IMG/VR virus record: IMGVR_UViG_3300027705_000005
Span: 1 to 64,000 of that record
Origin: a virus
Taxonomy: Duplodnaviria > Caudoviricetes
Strand: one strand, 5' to 3'
Length of the DNA: 64,000 nt
Shown: piece after piece, positions 57,205-64,000 of the stretch
Position numbering within the stretch: the stretch's first letter is position 1
How the letters are laid out: each line of letters begins with the position of its first letter
Program-made: the position numbers and the translations under genes
Notes under the pieces: generated by a model
Told to the model about the DNA's origin: nothing
What the model saw: the letters and a program-made list of their open reading frames with translations, nothing else
Databases searched by the model: none

Positions 57205-58292
57205 TAGTTTGATTTATTTTTCTCTGACAAATATTTTGATTGAGCATTATCAGCTCTTAACTTAGCTTCTTTTTCATCCAGCTTTCTAAATTTAATATTA
57301 TAATCTATTAATCCATCATAAGCATCTGTTATTTGAGATTTTGGATTTGCATTATTATATTCATCTATACTAGTAAACCAGTCTGCATCTTTACCTCTAT
57401 CCTCATCAACTCTACCTAGTCCTTTAACCCCAAGTCTATTATATTTATGATATTGACTATTTATTAAAGGATCTATATTATTTGTCATAAATTCTTTAGT
57501 TTTTTGAACTTTTACATCAGGTGATAATTCATCAAATGAATTATAGTATATTGAAATATCATCTTCTAACATTTTTCTTCTTTCAATATCACTTTCTGGT
57601 AATATTAATGGATTAGTTGTTTCAGATTTTGGATAATATCCATCTTTATTAGGAGTTCCTGAATTATAATGATACCCATCTGTTTCAGTCATACCAAAGA
57701 ATGGAGCATATGCATACTTAGCTATATTCCAATGTTTATCTCCTTCTGTTTCAACTTCTGGGTAATCTTTAGATATATCTGGATATAATCTTCCTTTTGA
57801 ATTAGCTTTAACAGAATATCCATCTTGTCCTTTAATTATATATGAATCTGTATATGTGGGTTTTCCTTTAGCAAATCTTGATGTTGGTTCTTCATCTTGA
57901 GTACCAGCAACAAATGATTCATTATCTCCATTTTTAAAAATCCATCCTTTTTGAATTTGATCTGGAGTTTTTTCTTGGTGTGCTCCTTTTCCACTGGCAT
58001 ATAATCTATAAAATTCAGATTCAAATCTTGCAGGAGGATCAGTAAGATCAGTAGGATTATTTTCAGTAATAATTGAATTATTATTAAATTTAGGGATTAC
58101 TGTTCCATCTTCAGCATAATCTTTAAATTGAGGTAATGTATTAACATACTCATCTATATCAGAATGTTTACCTAATAATATTCTATTTTTAACCCAATCT
58201 CTTTTATTTGCTGGAACAATAGTGTGATCTCCATGTGAATTCTTGAGTATTAACTCATTATGTTCCGCATTAATGTCAATCTTATTGTACAT
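57204..58292 (-). CDS. Modular probable virion protein
   Basis: N-module INAEHNELILKNSHGD...YAEDGTVIP followed by a DPP linker and a variable domain. Confidence 0.65.
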   Translation of the reverse strand: MYNKIDINAEHNELILKNSHGDHTIVPANKRDWVKNRILLGKHSDIDEYVNTLPQFKDYAEDGTVIPKFNNNSIITENNPTDLTDPPARFESEFYRLYASGKGAHQEKTPDQIQKGWIFKNGDNESFVAGTQDEEPTSRFAKGKPTYTDSYIIKGQDGYSVKANSKGRLYPDISKDYPEVETEGDKHWNIAKYAYAPFFGMTETDGYHYNSGTPNKDGYYPKSETTNPLILPESDIERRKMLEDDISIYYNSFDELSPDVKVQKTKEFMTNNIDPLINSQYHKYNRLGVKGLGRVDEDRGKDADWFTSIDEYNNANPKSQITDAYDGLIDYNIKFRKLDEKEAKLRADNAQSKYLSEKNKSN

Positions 58293-59007
58293 GTGTATAT
58301 GATTTATTTGTTTTTATTAAACTAATACAATATTTAGATACTCCATATTCAATGGCTAATTGAACACCTTTAATTCCACTCTTGAGTTTATCTCTTATTT
58401 CTAATATTTGATAGTCTTTTAGTTTAGATTGATTATTTCTCTCACCTTTGAAATTATAATTCTGTGATTTTGCTCTTATTCTCTTCATATTTTCACTAGC
58501 TAATTCTCTCATTTCATCAGTATAAATTTTATTTTTCATAGCTTCTCTTGCAGCATTAATTGTATTAATGTGTGGTCTTCTTCCTTTAGCAACTTTACTC
58601 ATTTTCTTTTTTGTTTCTTCACTAAATCCAACTTCTTTATGCCATTTTGAAGAGCTTATCGAGTGATTCTTTTTACATTCTTCTGACATTTTAAGACCGT
58701 AATTGCTTTGAGCTTGCTTTCTAATATTAAACTCTGGTTTTAAAGTATCTATAAACCATTGTTCTAATTTGATCAAATATTCTTTTGGACATTCTGCCAA
58801 AATTTCAAATGTAAAATATTCATGCCTATTAAACGATCTTTGTAAATGGTTATTATTATGTTTATTTTTCAGTAGACTTGATTTATGAGTATGTATTCTA
58901 TGATATAAGTTACAAGCACTACCTATATAAAATTTATTATTTATAACAATCTTATATATTCCAGATTTCTTTTTTAATTCACCTTCAATTTTAATACTTT
59001 TAAACAT
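58282..59007 (-). CDS. Free-standing GIY-YIG homing endonuclease with NUMOD3 repeats and HTH
   Basis: SGIYKI...FYIGSA; SEETKKKMS repeats; GERNNQSKL. Confidence 0.9.
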   Translation of the reverse strand: MFKSIKIEGELKKKSGIYKIVINNKFYIGSACNLYHRIHTHKSSLLKNKHNNNHLQRSFNRHEYFTFEILAECPKEYLIKLEQWFIDTLKPEFNIRKQAQSNYGLKMSEECKKNHSISSSKWHKEVGFSEETKKKMSKVAKGRRPHINTINAAREAMKNKIYTDEMRELASENMKRIRAKSQNYNFKGERNNQSKLKDYQILEIRDKLKSGIKGVQLAIEYGVSKYCISLIKTNKSYTHVQ

Positions 59008-61004
59008 TATTTCTTTTTTGAATCATTTAAATAAATTCTATCATAAATTTCAAAAGGTTTTCCTTGTTCTGGAATAGGAAATTCTAATGACGGATTTAAA
59101 TTCCATTTATCATAGTAACTAATATACTCTCCCTTTTCATCCTTACCTTTGCTAATTTTAAAGTTTCTAAATACTAAATTACTAGGTTCTTGTACTTGTT
59201 TGCTTTCACCTTGTTTTAATGTAGTTCCTTCTTTTTTAACAAAATCTACAATTTCAGGATATGATTTACTCACACTTAAATAATTAGCTTTAGGATCTGT
59301 TGAAGTACTTGGTTTATGATTAGAAACTTCAAAAGTATTAAATCTTTGTGGATTTCCAGTATATAATGCCCAAGCATCATCAGCTCTTTTAAAATGAGGT
59401 TTTGCTTCTTCTTTATAACGAGCCTGTTCTTTAGCTGAAAGTTTTCTAAAATCTTCAGGTTTACCTTTATACGTTATTGGTAATGGATTCTCTACATTAA
59501 TATCTCTATTCTTATCTGTAGTAATTAAACCTTTGACACCTTGCATTATTGGAGGCATTATGGAATTATAGGGAGTTACATTTTTATAAATTTTATCTCT
59601 CACTACTTTATTAACTCCTAACTGTTCATCTAATATTCCAGTTTCCTTTAATTGTTGAGCTGGAGTACCTTTATAATTAGTATTGTATCTATCTCCATTG
59701 TATAAAAATTGTTCATCTCCAGACTTACGAGCTTTAGCATAGGCTGAATTAAAATCTTTTTCATTACTCATATCATTTAATCCTATATTACGAGGATCTA
59801 ATTTATCTTTAATATTATCTATAATATCTTTTTTAGGTTTAATAGTTTGATTAAATTCTACTACTGGTTTAACAATATTAGTAGATTCAGAAAACATAGT
59901 ATTATCTTTAATCATTCTATCTAATCCTGGAATTTTCTTTTTAGGAGGATTAGTAGGATCTTCTCCATCAGGAACAACCATACCATCAGCAGCCATAGGG
60001 ATGACTAAACCAAAAGCAGCAGTAATTTGAGTAGTTCCATTATGCATTTTTACTCCATCTTTTCCTATAGATAGATCAACTCCTCCTTTGGCATGTGTAG
60101 GATATCCTTTCAAGTCCTTAACTATTTTCCAAGTTCCACCTTTAGTAAAACCTTTAGGTTTCATACCATCAGCAGCTTTAAATAAACCTCCTCCAGGTCC
60201 ACATTTTTTTATTTCAAGATCATTAAATAGATCTGTTATTGTTTGTTGAATTGGGTTATTTTTATTAACATATTTTTTAAATCCTTCTATATCTTGTTTA
60301 GAACCTAATATATGAATTTGTTCTTGACTTGGTATAGCATAACTTGTGCTACCTTTATCTTCACTAAGATTTATATATTCAAACCCAATGTTTTTATCTT
60401 TAAAAATTTCTTGAAGTTTTTTATTACCTGCTTTTTCTCCTTCAGGTAAAGCCATCCTATAATTTTCGTGAAAATACGGAGATTCTCGAATAGCTTTATT
60501 TTTAGCTTCATTTATACTTTTAACTTCTTCAATAGTTAAAATATTTCTACCAAGTAATTCTTTTAATAATCCTCCTTCATCTGTACCTAAAAACCACATT
60601 CCATCCTTAATGGTTTGTAAGTCTTTAACATTTAAAAGAACTTGATTTAAAACATCACCTCTTTGTAATGCTGCATTTTTACTACCAAAATGTATTAAAG
60701 GTTCTTTTTTAATTTCAAACTGATTTATTTTTTGATTACTTCCATGATAAACAATATCCTTTAATTTACTGGTTTTAAAGATTGTAGATAAATACTGCAA
60801 ATATTGAGCTTTACTACCAATCGAAGCAAGTTCAGGCGATTGACTAAATACATAATCAATACCTTCCATCTTTCTTTTAAAAGAATCTATTACATTTTTA
60901 TTTTTAGCAATAGATGTAACAAATTCTTGCTTATTATTAATAAAGTATTCTTTGAATTGTTTTTCTGAATACTTTTGACCTTTATATGTTATTATACAAC
61001 TCAT
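59007..61004 (-). CDS. Polyvalent probable virion protein with an ART-like (ART-PolyVal) domain
   Basis: IVYHGS...IHFGS...SYAI...QIHILGSKQDIEGFK; AADG linkers; FNSAYAKARK.G...F.YNG..YNT module. Confidence 0.65.
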   Translation of the reverse strand: MSCIITYKGQKYSEKQFKEYFINNKQEFVTSIAKNKNVIDSFKRKMEGIDYVFSQSPELASIGSKAQYLQYLSTIFKTSKLKDIVYHGSNQKINQFEIKKEPLIHFGSKNAALQRGDVLNQVLLNVKDLQTIKDGMWFLGTDEGGLLKELLGRNILTIEEVKSINEAKNKAIRESPYFHENYRMALPEGEKAGNKKLQEIFKDKNIGFEYINLSEDKGSTSYAIPSQEQIHILGSKQDIEGFKKYVNKNNPIQQTITDLFNDLEIKKCGPGGGLFKAADGMKPKGFTKGGTWKIVKDLKGYPTHAKGGVDLSIGKDGVKMHNGTTQITAAFGLVIPMAADGMVVPDGEDPTNPPKKKIPGLDRMIKDNTMFSESTNIVKPVVEFNQTIKPKKDIIDNIKDKLDPRNIGLNDMSNEKDFNSAYAKARKSGDEQFLYNGDRYNTNYKGTPAQQLKETGILDEQLGVNKVVRDKIYKNVTPYNSIMPPIMQGVKGLITTDKNRDINVENPLPITYKGKPEDFRKLSAKEQARYKEEAKPHFKRADDAWALYTGNPQRFNTFEVSNHKPSTSTDPKANYLSVSKSYPEIVDFVKKEGTTLKQGESKQVQEPSNLVFRNFKISKGKDEKGEYISYYDKWNLNPSLEFPIPEQGKPFEIYDRIYLNDSKKK

Positions 61005-61681
61005 ACTTCTTTCCAGATTTTATTATTTTTGATTTTATAAATTGTCATTTTAGCTACTCCATATATAGAAGATAAATTAACTACAGTATCGTTTGATTTT
61101 CTTATAGTTTTAACTATCTCCCAGTTTAATTTAGCTGAAGGATTGTTTTCACCCAACACTTTATTAGAAAGATTCTTACTTCTTTTTAAAGCAGATTCTT
61201 TTAATTTTTGTTTATGCTCTTCTGAAAAAACAATTCCTTTTTTAGCTTTAGACATTTTTTCTTTAGTCTCTTTAGATTTAGGTTGCGGTTTTCCTAATTT
61301 CGATTTGCTTAATAATTGTCTTGTTTCTTCTGAAATAATTCTACCCATAAGAGCTTTAGAAATCTTTTTTCTTGTAGATTTTTTAGGGACTCTTCCTTTA
61401 CTACTATAAGCAAAAGGACTTAGATTTACTGTATTTTTTGTATTATCAATAAACCATTGTTCAAGTTTAATTAAATATTCTGAAGGACAAGTTGCTACAA
61501 TTTTATATAAAAAAACATCAACCCCATATTTATTATAAGCTCTTTGTAATCTTGAATTAGGATGTGCATTTCTTTTTAGACAATTAAAATGTTCTCTAAT
61601 TCTTTTCTTTAAATTAGATGAACTCCCTACATAATTTTTATTATTGTAGCTGATTATATACACTCCTGAATTTAGTTGCAT
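61001..61681 (-). CDS. Free-standing GIY-YIG homing endonuclease with NUMOD3 repeats and HTH
   Basis: SGVYII...NYVGSS; SEETR/SKETK/SEEHK repeats; GENNPSAKL. Confidence 0.9.
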   Translation of the reverse strand: MQLNSGVYIISYNNKNYVGSSSNLKKRIREHFNCLKRNAHPNSRLQRAYNKYGVDVFLYKIVATCPSEYLIKLEQWFIDNTKNTVNLSPFAYSSKGRVPKKSTRKKISKALMGRIISEETRQLLSKSKLGKPQPKSKETKEKMSKAKKGIVFSEEHKQKLKESALKRSKNLSNKVLGENNPSAKLNWEIVKTIRKSNDTVVNLSSIYGVAKMTIYKIKNNKIWKEV

Positions 61682-64000
61682 TTTTTATCTATTACTTTTT
61701 CTTGTTTTAATATTTTTTCAACTTGTTCAAAGTCTTGCAAATATACATCTAAAAACTCAGAAAACATAAAAGCAGCTTGTTGTTTTTGTTGTGGGGTTAT
61801 TTGATTATTATTAAGTAATACTTCAGCATTAGCCAATAAAGCATTTAATACTGTATTTTGCTTAACTCCAAATATATTAGCAATTAATTCTACAAGTTTA
61901 TCTAAAATAGATTTGTTTCCTGTATATGGAATCTCTGCAATAGCATTTCTAAATTCTTCATTAGTAAAAGCGTAACTTATAATTTCATGTATAGAATCTG
62001 TTCTATACCCTTCTAGAGGATTTACACTTCTCGCATATCTTGTTCTATTATTCCAATACTTATCAGAAGCTTCTTTTAATACTTTTCTAATGTTTTCAAG
62101 CTCGTTTAATGCTAATGATTCTTTTTCAGAAAGACCTTTAGTATTAGTTTCAAAATAAGTTATTTTTCTAAAAGTAGCTGCATGAAGTAATTCATGCATT
62201 AACAATTCCTCTAAAGGAATATTTTTTTCACTTTTATTTATTCTTATTGTATTATACTTATCTGAATAAACAGCACCAGAATTTGCTAAAATGAATTTAT
62301 CTACATATTCTATTTTAATATTTTTTATTAGAGGTCTTATTTTTTCTAATAGTATTTTATTTGATTCTGATAAATTAATTTTATTTAATACTTCTTCCAA
62401 ATTTGTAATAGAAGGTTTAGTATATTCAGAAACATTAAATTTATTACCTATTGATAATTTGTTAAGTTTATCTTTTAATTCTGACAATTCTATATTAATA
62501 GAACCATCAAAATTATTTGTTCTAATATTTTGTAATTCTTTAGTAATAATTAATTCATCTTTAATATAAAAATCGTCATCTATTGTATTATCAGACTTAA
62601 CGAAAGCCAATTTTTTATTAAACCCTAAAGCTTCATATACAGAATTAGCTAATTCGGGATTAGATTCAAATACAAAATCTATACCATCTGTTATTGTTTC
62701 ATTTACTTTAATAGATTCAGATGTATTATTAAAATCTAATTCTGTTTGTTCTGGAGTATTATTTTGTTGTACATAATAACCTGGTTTACTTTCAATTTGA
62801 GCAGAATTAAATATAGTTAATTTATCTGTAGGTCTTGTATAAGATGTATATAACATTCTAAATGCTTCTATTTGATCCCATTTATTATATGATACAGGAT
62901 ATACATAAGTATTTTTTAATGTTTGCCCTTGTATCTTATGTGCAGTCATAGCATAAGCATATTCAATAGGAATTATAACTTTATATTTACCATATTCAGC
63001 AGCCAACTCTTTATATTTAGGAGTTTTTGTTTCACCATTTCTTTTCATTTCTCCAATAGCAGATCCAATAGAATGTAACTTAGCTTGTAGAATTTTATCT
63101 GCATTACTACCTCTAATTACCAATGGTATTCTTGCTGAAGCATCTTTACCTTGTTCATCAATATATGTAATATCTGACATTAAAACCTCTATATTTCCAA
63201 TTGTTGTTTCACTTGGTTTAGAATTAATTGTTACAATAGCACTATTGTTAATTTTGGTATCAAATCTATCTGCATATTTTTTATAAAACATTACTTTTTC
63301 ATCTTTAACCAAAACATCATTTCCTTGCACAACACTATTTCTAATAGTTTTATTAAAATCTTTGACTTCTTCATTAGTTCCAACAACTACAATAGTAGAT
63401 AATGGATCTTTTTTAAAGTCTTTTATTGCTTCATTAATAAAATTATCTTTATTATTATCAAATCTAACTCCTATTTGTGTGCTTTGATTAAAATCAGTAA
63501 ATCTATTAGATGTAATATTACTAAGATCAAATTGTTTAGTTTTATCATATTTATCTAATTCATTACCTAATATTGTAGCTAACCACAATATTGGATTATC
63601 TTTAGCTTGTCTTATAACTTCTGTTAATTCAGATGATGTATTATTATCTTCTGTTAATTTAAATATTGTAGAAATACCAGATCCACCAATTGGTTGTATT
63701 TGTGCATTATCTCCCATATACAATATTTTAATATTAGAATACTTGTTTAAATATTGCATTTCATTAGGTCCAATCATTGAACCTTCATCAAATATTAATA
63801 TTGTTTTTGGAGTATTAAATATTTTTGGATAAACATTACTAAATGGATCTTGAATATATTTAATTGTTCCATTTGGTAAATACTCTGGTGTTAATCCAAA
63901 CATTGAAGCAAAATTATATAATTCTACTTTTTCAATCTTCTCTTTTTTAAAGTTCTTAGATAATACACTTAGTGCAGCATCAGATATTGTAGTTGCATAA
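61672..64000 (-). CDS. Polyvalent protein (5' end beyond the window): Dda/RecD-like SF1B helicase fused to a zincin metallopeptidase
   Basis: Frame is open to the window edge; FDEGSM, GDNAQIQP, LTEVIRQ, YAMTAHKIQGQT, YTSYTR; later HELLH...HEIIS. Confidence 0.85.
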   Translation of the reverse strand, partial: YATTISDAALSVLSKNFKKEKIEKVELYNFASMFGLTPEYLPNGTIKYIQDPFSNVYPKIFNTPKTILIFDEGSMIGPNEMQYLNKYSNIKILYMGDNAQIQPIGGSGISTIFKLTEDNNTSSELTEVIRQAKDNPILWLATILGNELDKYDKTKQFDLSNITSNRFTDFNQSTQIGVRFDNNKDNFINEAIKDFKKDPLSTIVVVGTNEEVKDFNKTIRNSVVQGNDVLVKDEKVMFYKKYADRFDTKINNSAIVTINSKPSETTIGNIEVLMSDITYIDEQGKDASARIPLVIRGSNADKILQAKLHSIGSAIGEMKRNGETKTPKYKELAAEYGKYKVIIPIEYAYAMTAHKIQGQTLKNTYVYPVSYNKWDQIEAFRMLYTSYTRPTDKLTIFNSAQIESKPGYYVQQNNTPEQTELDFNNTSESIKVNETITDGIDFVFESNPELANSVYEALGFNKKLAFVKSDNTIDDDFYIKDELIITKELQNIRTNNFDGSINIELSELKDKLNKLSIGNKFNVSEYTKPSITNLEEVLNKINLSESNKILLEKIRPLIKNIKIEYVDKFILANSGAVYSDKYNTIRINKSEKNIPLEELLMHELLHAATFRKITYFETNTKGLSEKESLALNELENIRKVLKEASDKYWNNRTRYARSVNPLEGYRTDSIHEIISYAFTNEEFRNAIAEIPYTGNKSILDKLVELIANIFGVKQNTVLNALLANAEVLLNNNQITPQQKQQAAFMFSEFLDVYLQDFEQVEKILKQEKVIDKKCN

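Noticed and set aside
58282-61681. Group I introns around the two late GIY-YIG genes
   Set aside because: There is no non-coding space (genes overlap directly) and I found no P/Q/R/S elements
8306-62569. Short antisense or nested ORFs in the track (for example 8306-8641, 10431-10781, 16286-16540, 22703-22996, 46180-46470, 54969-55181, 61143-61409, 62291-62569)
   Set aside because: They lie opposite longer, motif-bearing or tightly coupled genes and have the low-complexity I/L/F/S composition of shadow frames
1-64000. Stop-codon reassignment as seen in some crAss-like phages
   Set aside because: Genes are full length under the standard code, TAG and TGA end genes at sensible boundaries, and no suppressor tRNA was seen

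Overview
A very AT-rich 64-kb piece of a lytic Bacteroidota phage genome, most similar in gene content and order to crAss-like phages (Crassvirales or a relative). The standard genetic code is used. Layout: (i) 1-1.7 kb, a short leftward block with a tRNA-Met(CAT) and an HNH endonuclease; (ii) about 1.8-53.2 kb, a long rightward arm; (iii) 53.3-64 kb, leftward giant modular (probably virion/ejected) proteins interspersed with two GIY-YIG genes, converging on a bidirectional terminator at 53231. The rightward arm contains small early genes separated by long structured spacers, then replication genes (SF2 helicase, DnaB, Sak4-like ATPase, SSB, DnaG, resolvase, PD-(D/E)XK nuclease, and a family-B polymerase split by a group I intron at 34150-35245), then RNA-repair and nucleotide-metabolism genes (RNA ligase, two RlaP-like nucleotidyltransferases, PNK, phosphoesterases, CCA-adding enzyme, ThyX, MazG-like proteins). 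The strongest candidate for a new system is a complete, tightly coupled phage-encoded ubiquitin-like conjugation operon (Ubl - E2 - JAB - E1, 24308-27155). Other highlights: a phage protein with a signal peptide plus a type IX secretion C-terminal signal; a tRNA-shaped RNA with a non-canonical anticodon loop; a stand-alone SerRS-like catalytic domain coupled to a MazG-like gene; a homing endonuclease that rebuilt the N-terminus of the gene it invaded; and swappable effector cassettes (metallopeptidase, ART-like) in the giant proteins. All family calls come from motif recognition by eye; no searches were run.
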